A stretch of 64,000 bases of DNA, from the NCBI GenBank assembly GCA_038141925.1, contig JAYQJB010000002.1, positions 152,214-216,213 of the forward strand. Reading direction: 5' to 3'. Numbering within the stretch: the stretch's first letter is position 1; every line of letters starts with the position of its first letter. The stretch comes from Gammaproteobacteria bacterium. Its GTDB lineage: Bacteria > Pseudomonadota > Gammaproteobacteria > Magnimaribacterales > AG-339-G14. Made by a program: the position numbers and the translations under genes. The notes under the pieces were generated by a model. The model was not told the origin of the DNA. It made no database searches and saw only the letters and a program-made list of their open reading frames with translations. Positions 1 through 10,274 of this stretch are shown one piece after another.

Positions 1-55
1 AGAAGAACTTTCAATAGATTTAATCGAAAAACTTAAGAACTAAAAAGGAGTTGAA

Positions 56-934
56 ATGACAAATAAATATACTTGTTTTGATTTAGAAATAAAAAATAAA
101 GTCGCATATGTAACCATGTGTCGACCAGATGAATACAATACAATGAACAAAGCTTTTTGGTCAGAATTGCCTCATCTTGTTGAAAAAATATCCGATGATG
201 CCAGTGCACGAGTAATCGTGTTGTCATCTACAGGAAAGCATTTTTGTGCAGGAATGGATTTAGCAAACTTTTCATTAAGCGATAATCCCACCGAACCAAA
301 ATCCTCCAACACCCATAATGGCATGAAAAAGGAAGCTGGCTTCAGAATTACTCTAGACCTACAACATACAATCACTTCTCTTGAAAAAGCAAGAATTCCT
401 GTTATTTCAGCTATTCAGGGAGGTTGTATAGGTGGTGGTTTAGACCTAGCAACAGCAACAGATATGAGATTCTGTACTAAGGAGGCTTTCTTTTGTATCC
501 AAGAAATTAATATTGGGATGGCAGCAGATGTTGGAACTTTACAAAGAATTCCAAGACTGATTCCAGAAGGAGTAGTCAGAGAATTAGCTTACACAGGTAG
601 AAGGTTTTTTGCTGATGAAGCAAAAGCTCATGGCTTGGTAAACAAAGTTTTTGATTCCCATGAAGAAATGATGTCAGCTGTAAAAATTATTGCTGAAGAA
701 ATTGCTTCCAAAGGTCCCTTAGCAGTCGCGGGAACAAAAGAAATTCTTAATTATGGGCGAGATCATACAATTGAAGAATCTCTAAATCATGTTGCTTTAT
801 GGAATGCTGCAATGGGAATTAGCGATGAGATGTCTGTAGCTTTTGAAGCTAAAGCAAATAATAAAGATCCAGAGTTTGATGATTTAATTCCAAGAACTGG
901 AAAAAAATATCTTGATGGTGGATATCAAGGATAG
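56..934 (+). CDS. Enoyl-CoA hydratase/isomerase (crotonase; dienoyl-CoA isomerase-like)
   Basis: FCAGMDL, IQGGCIGGGLDLATATDMR and EINIGMAADVGTLQR crotonase motifs. Confidence 0.9.
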   Translation: MTNKYTCFDLEIKNKVAYVTMCRPDEYNTMNKAFWSELPHLVEKISDDASARVIVLSSTGKHFCAGMDLANFSLSDNPTEPKSSNTHNGMKKEAGFRITLDLQHTITSLEKARIPVISAIQGGCIGGGLDLATATDMRFCTKEAFFCIQEINIGMAADVGTLQRIPRLIPEGVVRELAYTGRRFFADEAKAHGLVNKVFDSHEEMMSAVKIIAEEIASKGPLAVAGTKEILNYGRDHTIEESLNHVALWNAAMGISDEMSVAFEAKANNKDPEFDDLIPRTGKKYLDGGYQG

Positions 935-935
935 A

Positions 936-1702
936 TTATTTTCTTAGAAAAACCGGGCTGTCTTCGGTGGAATCTTTTTTGGAAAATTTATATCCGTCAA
1001 GATTGAATTTATAAAGATTCTCAAGAGTTTTTACTCGATTTTCAATTAAATACTTGGCCATTAATCCTCTAGCCTTTTTCGCGTAAAGCTGATTATCTTA
1101 AACTGGCCGTTTTTAAAATCTTTGAAAACCGGACTGATGACTCTGCTTTTCAACTTTTCAGTATCAACAGATGAAAAATATTCGATAGAAGCAAGATTCA
1201 CCAAAATAGAAGTAGCTTTGAGATCTTCATTTAAATTATTGGTAATTTCTTCTTTCCAAAACTCATACAAGTCCTTATTTTTTGCAACAGAAATTTTAGT
1301 GCCCATCTCAAGACGGTAAGGCGAAATAATATCTAATGGTCTTAAAACTCCATAAAGTCCGGAAAGGATCCTGAGGTGTTTTTGTGCAAAATTTATGTCT
1401 TGTTTTGAAAGTTTTTCAAACTCCAGTCCTTGATAGACATCTCCTTTAAAAACAAATCCAGCTTGTTTTGCATGAGCTGAAGGTTTGGTTGCTTGAGACC
1501 AATTCTGGAATCTATCATGGTTTAGTGCAGAAATTTTTTCACTGACTCCCATTAAAGAAGACAACTCAGATTTATTGAGTTTCTTCATAGTAGACACTAA
1601 ATTTTTAGATTTAGGCAAAAAAGGAGGTACAGAGAAATCCAGTCCTGTTTCTGAAAAAGAATAATCTAACGTCTTAGCTGGAGATAGAACTATAATCATC
1701 AC
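936..1702 (-). CDS. yaaA: Peroxide stress protein YaaA (frameshift near 1085)
   Basis: LSPAKTLD N-terminus and LSGLYGVLRPLD..PYRLEMG; after KIISF another frame gives the expected AKKARGLMAKY and ends PVFLRK-stop at 936. Confidence 0.88.
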
Positions 1703-1724
1703 AGTATTATTAAATCATATTTCA

Positions 1725-2231
1725 ATGCTCAAAAAAATTACCAAAACCATAGAGAATATACTTAATTTATTTCCTTTCTTTTTTGGAAATATTTCTTCTT
1801 GGCTCATTTTATTAATGATTTTTCTGAGCTCGATGATTGTTATCTTAAGATACGTTTTTGAAATCGGAGTAGTTGCAATGCAAGAACTGCTCGTTTATTC
1901 ACATGGGATGCTTTTTCTATTTTATGCCGCATTAGCTCTTAAAGATGATGCGCATGTCAGAGTAGACATTTTCTACAGAGAATTGTCGGATAAAAGTAAA
2001 AGAATGATAAATATTTTTGGGAATTTGTTTTTTTTACAACCCTTTGCTTGGGTAATTTTAATATTTTCATTTGAATACGTTTACTTCGCTTGGTCTATCA
2101 ATGAAATTTCTCCAGAGCCAGGCGGTCTTCCTTTTGTGTATCTTTTCAAAACAAGCTTAATTATTTTTCCTATTCTTTTGATCCTTCAGAGCTTTTCAGA
2201 GCTGATTAAGCTGGTTTTCAAACATGATTGA
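1725..2231 (+). CDS. TRAP transporter small permease (DctQ family)
   Basis: 4 TM segments, HVRVDIFY motif, overlaps the large permease. Confidence 0.9.
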   Translation: MLKKITKTIENILNLFPFFFGNISSWLILLMIFLSSMIVILRYVFEIGVVAMQELLVYSHGMLFLFYAALALKDDAHVRVDIFYRELSDKSKRMINIFGNLFFLQPFAWVILIFSFEYVYFAWSINEISPEPGGLPFVYLFKTSLIIFPILLILQSFSELIKLVFKHD

Positions 2232-3579
2232 TTTTCTGCCGCTAATTCTTTTTGCCTTAGTTTGTATCTTTTTACTTTTTGGTTTCCCTGTTGCTTTTAC
2301 TTTGGCTGGGGTTTCAATAATTTTTGCATTGATAACAAGTTTTTTTGGCGTTTTTGATTTGTTTCTTTTAGAAACCCTGCCAAATCGGATCTTTGGCGTA
2401 ATGACGAACTCTACTTTAATCGCAGTTCCTTTGTTTATTTTTATGGGCGTATTGTTGGAAAAATCAAAAGTTGCTGAAGAACTTCTGCTTAAAATGTCAG
2501 ACTTTTTTTCTGGCTTTAAAGGTGGTCTTGGTCTTTCGGTAATTTTTGTTGGAGCTTTGCTTGCAGCCAGCACAGGCATTGTTGGGGCTACAGTTATTGC
2601 GATGGGTTTGATTTCTTTGCCCGCATTTTTAAAACAAGGATATCCCCATGATCTTTCTACTGGCTTAATTTCTGCTACTGGTACTTTGGGACAAATCATT
2701 CCCCCTTCTATTGCCTTAGTAATTTTAGGAGATGTATTGTCCTCTGCTTATCAACAATCACAGCTTAGCCAAGGTATTTTTACTGCTAAAACAATTTCTG
2801 TGGGGGATCTTTTCTTAGCAGCAATAGTTCCTGGATTAATGTTGCTCTGTTTTTATGCATTTTATTTTCTTTTCAAATCAAGAAACTTGGAACTTATCTC
2901 AAATAATAGACAAAACTCAATCAAAGCTAGTGATTTAATAAAAGTCATTGCCCCGCCTTTTATTTTGATCGTAACTGTTTTGGGCAGCATTATTTTTGGA
3001 ATTGCTTCACCAACAGAAGCATCCGGTTTAGGTGCTTTGGGAGCAATTCTGATTGCAATGCTAAATAATAAATTAAATTTTCAGACTTTAGCTGAGACCG
3101 TAAAACAATCAGCTGCCATAACCTCAATGGTTTTTATAATTTTAATTGGAGCTTCTGTTTTTTCTTTGGTTTTTAGAGGCTTGGGAGGAGAAGAACTTAT
3201 TGAGCAAATATTTAACTCAATTCCTGGAGGTCTTTTCGGTTCTATGGTTTTGGTTATGGTTTTGATTTTTTTGTTGGGTTTTATACTGGATTTCATTGAA
3301 ATAAGTTTTGTCATAGTGCCAATTGTAGGGCCGGTATTGATGGCAATGGGAGCAGATCCAATTTGGCTTGGTATTATGATTGCAATCAATTTACAAACTT
3401 CTTTCTTAACCCCGCCATTTGGTTTTGCTTTGTTTTATTTAAGAGGAGTCGCGCCAGAAAACATAAAAACAATTTCTTTATATACAGGAGTGATTCCATT
3501 TATAGGAATTCAGCTGGGTCTTTTGGTTTTATTAGCTATTTTTCCTTCAATCGTTAGTTTTTTACCTAATTATTTATAG
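2224..3579 (+). CDS. TRAP transporter large permease (DctM family)
   Basis: GTLGQIIPPSI, SPTEASGLGA, NLQTSFLTPPFGFALFYL motifs. Confidence 0.93.
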   Translation: MIDFLPLILFALVCIFLLFGFPVAFTLAGVSIIFALITSFFGVFDLFLLETLPNRIFGVMTNSTLIAVPLFIFMGVLLEKSKVAEELLLKMSDFFSGFKGGLGLSVIFVGALLAASTGIVGATVIAMGLISLPAFLKQGYPHDLSTGLISATGTLGQIIPPSIALVILGDVLSSAYQQSQLSQGIFTAKTISVGDLFLAAIVPGLMLLCFYAFYFLFKSRNLELISNNRQNSIKASDLIKVIAPPFILIVTVLGSIIFGIASPTEASGLGALGAILIAMLNNKLNFQTLAETVKQSAAITSMVFIILIGASVFSLVFRGLGGEELIEQIFNSIPGGLFGSMVLVMVLIFLLGFILDFIEISFVIVPIVGPVLMAMGADPIWLGIMIAINLQTSFLTPPFGFALFYLRGVAPENIKTISLYTGVIPFIGIQLGLLVLLAIFPSIVSFLPNYL

Positions 3580-3601
3580 GAATTTAATTCTTTAAAAAAA
3601 A

Positions 3602-4003
3602 TTAAACTAATTGAGAAATTGCCATATAAGCAATTATGAACCACCCAACAACAAAGATCGTAAATCTTAGCAATACCAAGTTGAATGTTAGCTGAACTAA
3701 AGAATGAATAATTCTCAAAATCACAAATGCCCAGGCTAACTGAATTATCAAAGGATCAATGCTATTGATTAAGGCTATGGCTAAAGTAACAACATAAAAT
3801 GCTATCGGTTGTTCAAAAAGATGATTGTAGTTATCTCCGGTTCTTTCAACCCAAGCAGGTAAAGTTCCTTTTAAGTCTTTTGTATGAGCTGCATCTTGTG
3901 GGTCTTTCATAAATCTTGCTCGGCCGTAAGCCATAATCAAGAAAATTGCAAAAGTCCAAAATATTAAGACAAATACTGGTGTTAATAGTGCTATTTGATT
4001 CAT
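3602..4003 (-). CDS. MAPEG family membrane protein
   Basis: DNYNHLFEQP and R-IIHS motifs, 4 TM. Confidence 0.8.
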   Translation of the reverse strand: MNQIALLTPVFVLIFWTFAIFLIMAYGRARFMKDPQDAAHTKDLKGTLPAWVERTGDNYNHLFEQPIAFYVVTLAIALINSIDPLIIQLAWAFVILRIIHSLVQLTFNLVLLRFTIFVVGWFIIAYMAISQLV

Positions 4004-4089
4004 GAAATCCCTCCTTTTTTTTAATATATCAGATAAATACTTCTCAGGCGAAATGCCTATTGAGTGGGAATAAAATACTGTAAGAAATA

Positions 4090-4682
4090 CTATTTTGGTT
4101 TTGGGTGCTTCCCAGTAAAGTTAGCAAAATATTCCTTAATGAATATTAAGATCTTCTCTCTACATCTCCGGAAGGGCTATAGAAATCTCCAAGCTCAATA
4201 GTTTTTTTAGAGAAATCAACTCCAACCATCATAATTTTGCTGTTAGTTTCATTAGCAATTCTTAAAAAGCCAGATTTGAGTCTGTCTACTTTTTTTCTAG
4301 TGCCTTCCGGTGATATAGCAATAATAAAGCCTTTGAACTTCTCCGTAATATTATTAATTTCATTTTTTAATGCTTCTGGGTTTGCTCTATTAACAGGAAT
4401 GCCGCCCATTTTTCTAAGCAACCTGCGAAAACCTTTTTTGAAAATTGAATGTTTGCCGACCCAATGAATGTTGACGTCAAGACTTAAGATAAGTGACATA
4501 GCAAGAACAAAATCCCAATTTGAAGTATGTGGTCCAGCAACCATTACCACGCGCTGATCTGTTGGAAAATTGCCAATAGTTTTCCAGCCTGTTGTTTTCA
4601 TTAATAATTGGCCAAGCCATCTGATAGGCTTTGGCCTATATGCGCGCAAATGCTCTGGGATATATGTTTGATGTATTTTCAA
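4090..4682 (-). CDS. PlsC-like acyltransferase (frameshift near 3' end)
   Basis: PHTSNWDF, GGIPVNR, SPEGTR, KSGF motifs; C-terminus continues in another frame (..FTGKHPKPK-stop at 4090). Confidence 0.85.
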
Positions 4683-4726
4683 GATTGGTATTTTATATGC
4701 TAAAAATGATTTAATTAAATAAATAT

Positions 4727-5014
4727 ATGGCCAATAAACATTTAGTCAACTTGGGTTATTTCTTCATCTGGGGAGATTTTTTGTTAGTTATATTTTTTGT
4801 TCATTCTTTATTTGTAAGTCCAATTACTGTTCAGATGTATTTTTCTGAATATCTGCAGATAGCTTTGAATTTATTTAATTGGATTAAAACTTGGGGTGGA
4901 TTTTTTGATTGGTGGTTGGGAATTATTTATACCTGGCCGGCAGCACTGCTTTTTTTTATTAGATACTTTATTTCAACCTCGATAGGTATTTGGTTAGTAA
5001 GAAAATACAGTTAG
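4727..5014 (+). CDS. Hypothetical small membrane protein
   Basis: 95-aa hydrophobic ORF filling the gap between neighbours. Confidence 0.55.
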   Translation: MANKHLVNLGYFFIWGDFLLVIFFVHSLFVSPITVQMYFSEYLQIALNLFNWIKTWGGFFDWWLGIIYTWPAALLFFIRYFISTSIGIWLVRKYS

Positions 5015-6120
5015 TTTAGTTCCCTCATTTCATAAACTGCTTTTTCTGAAATTTTATGATACTTAGAGACATTCTTTTTAAAATTTTCTTGAGACTCGAA
5101 TATCCTTTTTGATAAGGGATCTTCAGCAATCAACTCTTTTAAAAGTTCAGAAGTAATTTCTTTAAATTTTTTCAACACATCGTCAGGGAGTCTTTTTAGT
5201 ATCACCCCGTGAGTATTAACCAATGTTTCCAAAGCTTGATTATTCCTTGCAGTGTATTCATCTAACATATCCTGATTCACTGCTCTGCTTGCAGTTCTCA
5301 CTATTTCTTGAAGATCGGAAGGTAACGAAGCAAAAGCTTCTTTATTGATAATTACTTCTAAGGTGGGACCAGGTTCATGCCACCCTGGATAGTAGTAATA
5401 TTTTGCTGCTTGGTGTAGTCCAAAGGTCTGGTCATTATATGGCCCAATCCATTCTGCAGCATCTATAACTCCTGTTTGGAGATTCGTGAAGATTTCACTG
5501 CCGGGCATTAAAACTGCTTCCCCACCAGCTTCAGTCCAAACTTTTCCAGCCAAGCCTGGAATTCTCATTCTGGTTCCTTTGATATCCTCTAAAGAATTTA
5601 TTTCTTTGTTAAACCAGCCTGCCATTTGCACGCCAGTATTACCGCCTGCCAGAGGAATCAAATTGAATTTATCATAAGCTTCCTCCCAAAGTTCTAAGCC
5701 GCCTCCATAATGGAGCCAAGCATTCATCTCTTGAGCATTTAAGCCAAAGGGTAAAGCAGTAAAAAATTGTGCCGAAGGAGCTTTGCCAATCCAGTAATAA
5801 GATGCTCCATGGCCGATCTCAACTGTGCCTCGAGAAACAGCATCAAAAACCTCTAAGGCAGGAACGAGCTCTCCACTGCCATAAACTTTTATTTGTAGTC
5901 TGCCTGCTGACATTTTGTTTACTAATTTGGAAAGATTTTCAGCTCCCAAACCCACCCCAGGGTAATTTTTGGGCCAAGTAGTTACCATTCGCCAAGTGAA
6001 TGTCTTATTGGATTCTGTAAATGAAGTATTTGCTTCTTCTTGCTCACATGCAATGAAGAAAGTTAATACAAAAAGTAAAATTAAACTTTTTTTAAATTTG
6101 CGAAACTTAAAACCAGCCAT
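5011..6120 (-). CDS. TRAP substrate-binding protein (DctP/TakP-like, alpha-keto acid type), probable lipoprotein
   Basis: WRMVTTWP, GNTGVQMAGWFNKEI, MRIPGL, EWIGPYND, YYYPGWHEPG; lipobox-like FFIA-C. Confidence 0.9.
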   Translation of the reverse strand: MAGFKFRKFKKSLILLFVLTFFIACEQEEANTSFTESNKTFTWRMVTTWPKNYPGVGLGAENLSKLVNKMSAGRLQIKVYGSGELVPALEVFDAVSRGTVEIGHGASYYWIGKAPSAQFFTALPFGLNAQEMNAWLHYGGGLELWEEAYDKFNLIPLAGGNTGVQMAGWFNKEINSLEDIKGTRMRIPGLAGKVWTEAGGEAVLMPGSEIFTNLQTGVIDAAEWIGPYNDQTFGLHQAAKYYYYPGWHEPGPTLEVIINKEAFASLPSDLQEIVRTASRAVNQDMLDEYTARNNQALETLVNTHGVILKRLPDDVLKKFKEITSELLKELIAEDPLSKRIFESQENFKKNVSKYHKISEKAVYEMRELN

Positions 6121-8246
6121 TTTATTCCTTCTTTAGTGAAATTAACTTCAACTCTAGCATTGGCACCCTCTCCTTCATAGTTAAGAATGGTTCCTTCACC
6201 AAATACATCATGCGTTACCAAGTCGCCCAAAGAAAACTCTTCGCCTTTAAACTCAGTGCCGCCAACAATTTTGGGTACGAATCCTTTTGAACTTGGTGTT
6301 TCTGATGACATTCTAATCTCATACTTCAACTCGTCAGGAATTTCCTTTAAAAATCTAGATATTGGACTAAAACTTTCCATGCCATACATGTTTCTTACTT
6401 CTGCATAGGTTAAATATAGTCTTTCCATTGCCCTGGTGATACCAACGTAACAGAGCCTTCGTTCTTCTGCCAACTGCCTTGGATCTTCTAAAGATCTTTT
6501 GTGAGGAAATAAACCTTCTTCGCATCCAGCCATAAATACCAGTGGGAATTCTAAACCCTTCGCTGAATGGAGAGTCATCAATTGTATTGCATCTTCGTCA
6601 ATATCTGCCTGATTTTCGCCGGCATCTAAAGAGGCTTGATCAAGAAATATCTCCAATTCATTTCTATCGTCATCAGCGTCTTCGCCTATAGGATTAAAAC
6701 CAGAAGCAGCAGAAACAAGTTCCTCCAAATTCTCTTTTCTTGATCTGCCTTTTTCTCCAGGTTCTTTTGCGTGAAAATCTTTCAAACCAGTTGTGTTGAT
6801 AATTTCATCAAAAATTTCTCCAAGACCTTTGTTTTCAGTATCAGCTTTTAGCTGAGAAACTATTTCGATGAAATGAGATAAGGCTCTGGAAGATTTCTTT
6901 AAATTGTCTTTAGAAATAGATTCTGCCGCTTTCCATAAAGATATATTTTCAGCTCTAGCATGCTCACGCACGTTATCTAAAGTTTTTGCACCAATGCCTC
7001 TTGTAGGTACATTTACAATGCGTTCAAAAGCAGCGTCATTGTCAAAATCTACGAGTAATTTTGAGTAACTAAGGGCATTTTTAATCTCCATTCTTTCGTA
7101 GAATCTTACTCCGCCATAAATTCTATAAGGCAGCTCTGCCCTTAAAATACTATCCTCCAAAATACGGGATTGGGCATTTGATCTATACAAAATTGCTACA
7201 TCGTTAAGAGATCTACCCTCGTCTATCCAGTTTTTTATAATATCGACAATAAAGCTTGCCTCATCTCTTTCGTTGAAAGCGCGATAAATTTTTAAAGGCT
7301 CACCTTCTTTATTTTCCGACCAAAGTTTTTTGCCTAATCTTTCGGGATTATTTGCAATAACTGCATTAGCAGAGGAGAGAATATTTTTTGTGGATCTATA
7401 GTTTTGTTCAAGCTTAATGGTTTTCACTTTCTTAAAATCTTTTTGAAACCTTTTGATGTTTGCACTTTTTGCCCCCCTCCAGCTGTAAATTGATTGATCA
7501 TCATCTCCAACAACCGTCATAAAACTTTTTTTTCCTAAAAGTTTTTTTAATAAAAGATATTGAATTTCATTGGTATCTTGAAATTCATCAACCAAAATAT
7601 GTTCAAACCTATTCTGATAGTGCTCTAAAATTGCCTTGTTATTGGAAAGCAATTCAAAAGACCTCAAGAGGATTTCGGCGAAATCAACCAATCCTTCTTG
7701 ATCACAAACCTTTTGGTACTCGTTCATGATATCGACCATTTTTTCTTCAACAAAAGAAGCACTGGACTTTATTTTTGCTTTTCTTCTGCCTTCTTCTTTC
7801 TGATTGTTAATAAACCATTGTGCTTGAGAGGGCTGCCAGGTTGCATCATCTAATTCTAAAGATTTTATAACTCTCTTTATCACCCTATTCTGATCTTCTG
7901 AATCTAAAATAGTAAAGCTTCTTGGCAAGCCAGCTTCTTCCCAATGTCTTCTTAACATCCTATGAAATAAAGAGTGAAAAGTTCCACACCACATCTGATT
8001 TAGTTGTTCGCCAAGAATGTTTTCTATGCGACCTCTCATTTCTTTTGCTGCCTTGTTAGTAAAGGTAACAGTTAATAAAGACATGGGATTTAGGTTGTGA
8101 ACCTTGCACAGCCAAGCAACTTTATGAGTGATAACTCGGGTTTTTCCAGAGCCAGCACCTGCAAGAATCAAAGAAAATTGAGATCCGTCTGATACAGCTT
8201 CTCTCTGAGGAGAATTTAGATCATCCAATATATAAGATACATCCAT
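6081..8246 (-). CDS. uvrD: DNA helicase II
   Basis: AGAGSGKT, VDEFQDTN, VGDDDQSIYSWRGA, QNYRS, MTLHSAKGLEFP, EERRLCYVGITRA. Confidence 0.96.
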   Translation of the reverse strand: MDVSYILDDLNSPQREAVSDGSQFSLILAGAGSGKTRVITHKVAWLCKVHNLNPMSLLTVTFTNKAAKEMRGRIENILGEQLNQMWCGTFHSLFHRMLRRHWEEAGLPRSFTILDSEDQNRVIKRVIKSLELDDATWQPSQAQWFINNQKEEGRRKAKIKSSASFVEEKMVDIMNEYQKVCDQEGLVDFAEILLRSFELLSNNKAILEHYQNRFEHILVDEFQDTNEIQYLLLKKLLGKKSFMTVVGDDDQSIYSWRGAKSANIKRFQKDFKKVKTIKLEQNYRSTKNILSSANAVIANNPERLGKKLWSENKEGEPLKIYRAFNERDEASFIVDIIKNWIDEGRSLNDVAILYRSNAQSRILEDSILRAELPYRIYGGVRFYERMEIKNALSYSKLLVDFDNDAAFERIVNVPTRGIGAKTLDNVREHARAENISLWKAAESISKDNLKKSSRALSHFIEIVSQLKADTENKGLGEIFDEIINTTGLKDFHAKEPGEKGRSRKENLEELVSAASGFNPIGEDADDDRNELEIFLDQASLDAGENQADIDEDAIQLMTLHSAKGLEFPLVFMAGCEEGLFPHKRSLEDPRQLAEERRLCYVGITRAMERLYLTYAEVRNMYGMESFSPISRFLKEIPDELKYEIRMSSETPSSKGFVPKIVGGTEFKGEEFSLGDLVTHDVFGEGTILNYEGEGANARVEVNFTKEGIKWLVLSFANLKKV

Positions 8247-8294
8247 ATATTTTTTATTTTAAGCTAAAGTAGATTCTTTATATAAATAACATTT

Positions 8295-8879
8295 ATGAAA
8301 GATTTTGAAAATTCTTTGGATACGATGCTTGAAAAAGCTTTTTTGACTATTTCTAACGGAGTTGATGATTCTAAAAGTTACTTTCATACCCCAACTGTCT
8401 GTACTTTTGAAGGTCAAGATATATCAGCAAGAACTGTTGTGCTCAGAGATTTTAATGAACAAAAGAGAGTATTGAGGTTTCATACCGATCAAAGGTCGCC
8501 AAAAATTTCTCAAATTAAAGAAAATAACACTGCTACGGTTCATGCTTATGATCAAGAAGAAAAAATTCAGATTAGATTAAAAGGAAGTATTGAAGTTCAT
8601 CATCAAGATTCAGTGACTGAAAAGGCATGGGAAAATACTAGAGAAATGTCTAAAGAATGCTACTCAGTAAAAGACTCTCCTAGCAAAAGGATAGATAATC
8701 CTGATGAATTTGATATTGATAAAAACCAGATTGATAGGGAAATGGGTTATGAAAATTTTGCGGTTAATCTCTTTACTTTCCAATGCTTAGAAATCTTATA
8801 TTTAAAAAGAGCAGGTCACCGAAGAGCAATCTTTGAATGGCACAATAATGAAATAAAAAAGAACTGGTTGATACCTTAA
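8295..8879 (+). CDS. Pyridoxamine 5'-phosphate oxidase-family FMN-binding protein
   Basis: ARTVVLR, FHTDQRSPK, QIRLKG, HRR motifs. Confidence 0.8.
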   Translation: MKDFENSLDTMLEKAFLTISNGVDDSKSYFHTPTVCTFEGQDISARTVVLRDFNEQKRVLRFHTDQRSPKISQIKENNTATVHAYDQEEKIQIRLKGSIEVHHQDSVTEKAWENTREMSKECYSVKDSPSKRIDNPDEFDIDKNQIDREMGYENFAVNLFTFQCLEILYLKRAGHRRAIFEWHNNEIKKNWLIP

Positions 8880-9202
8880 TTTACGGTATTAGCTAACACT
8901 AAAATAACGCCAGTTACGATCAAAAGAATTCCAAAAGAAACAAGCAAAGACGGAAACTCTTGATATTTGATTGCTCCCAAAATTGCTATTAAGACAATTC
9001 CTACTCCAGACCAAATTGCGTATGCGACTGAAACCGAAATATGTTGAAAAGTTAAAGACAAAAAATAGAAACTTGCAGCATAGCTAAAGACAACAACGAT
9101 GTTAGGAATCATTTTTGTGAAGCCTTCTGTATCTCTTAAAAAAAGAGTACCTACAACTTCTAAAACGATTGCTAAAAAGAGAAAGGTATAAGGCAAAACC
9201 AT
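8876..9202 (-). CDS. SMR family small multidrug transporter
   Basis: 108 aa, TM1 Glu (AIVLEVVGT), AYAIWSGVG. Confidence 0.88.
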   Translation of the reverse strand: MVLPYTFLFLAIVLEVVGTLFLRDTEGFTKMIPNIVVVFSYAASFYFLSLTFQHISVSVAYAIWSGVGIVLIAILGAIKYQEFPSLLVSFGILLIVTGVILVLANTVN

Positions 9203-9295
9203 AATTCTTTAGAATACGATTGTAATAAAAAAATTAAAAACTATCTTGGAAAGTTAACCTATTCAATTTTTTCTATTTCAAGTTAAAATTAACTC

Positions 9296-10053
9296 ATGAG
9301 TAAACATAAAGCTTTGGACATGTTCGGTAGGTCTGGAAATCCCACATTGAGTGATGCGACTTTTGCTGATTTTGAAAACGTAGATCAAAAAACCATGACT
9401 TTACAGGGAACTGTAAATAAAGTCGGAATTCTTTTAGCTCTTGTAGTGTTAAGTGCCGCCTACACCTGGAATGTTTATTTTGTAACTGGCAGTCCTGGAG
9501 CATTGATGCCAATTGGGCTTTTTGGTGGCATGATTTTTGCTCTTATTACCATCTTCAAAAAAAACTGGGCAATGTACACTGCGCCCATTTATGCCATATT
9601 GGAAGGACTCTTTTTAGGTGGAATTTCTGCCATTTTTGAAAGTCAGTATCCAGGAATTGTGATTCAAGCAACTGGATTAACTTTTGGAACTTTGGCTTCT
9701 TTATTAGTGCTTTATAAAACAGGAGTAATAAAACCTACTGAGAATTTCAGACTGATGGTGGTATCAGCCACTATGGGGATTGCTTGCTCTATGTGATTAG
9801 CTTCATTATGAGTATGTTTGGCACAGGTATCGGTTTCATTCATGACAATGGTATTTTTGGAATTGGCTTTAGCCTTTTTGTCGTGGGTATTGCGGCTTTG
9901 AATTTGGTTCTAGACTTTGACTTCATTGAAGAAGGATCTGAAAAAAATGCTCCAAAATATATGGAGTGGTTCGGCGCCTTTGCCTTAATGGTCACTTTGA
10001 TTTGGCTTTACTTGGAAATGCTTAGACTGCTTGCAAAACTCAGAAGCAGATAG
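9296..10053 (+). CDS. Bax inhibitor-1/YccA-like membrane protein (frameshift near 9785)
   Basis: SGNP, MTLQGTVNK, YAILEGLFLGGIS, then LVLDFDFIE..APKYMEW..TLIWLYLEMLRLL in the second ORF. Confidence 0.88.
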
Positions 10054-10264
10054 CGTGTCTCTGACAAATATCTTTTTTTTACTGCTTACGATTGTCTCAC
10101 TTGCAGTATTCTTTTTTTTTGGTCGCTTTAGAGCATCAGACAAACAATTAAATAGAGAAGATCGAGTCGATTGGTCCAATAGAAGATATGACTTTCTTAA
10201 ATACTTTCTACTTATTCTTTTTTTAGCAGTAGGTATAGCGCTTTTGATCAGAACTTTCGCCTAG
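10031..10264 (+). CDS. Hypothetical small 2-TM protein
   Basis: Two hydrophobic segments, same direction as flanking genes; true start probably a GTG near 10055. Confidence 0.55.
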   Translation: MQNSEADSVSLTNIFFLLLTIVSLAVFFFFGRFRASDKQLNREDRVDWSNRRYDFLKYFLLILFLAVGIALLIRTFA

Positions 10265-10274
10265 AATAATCTTA

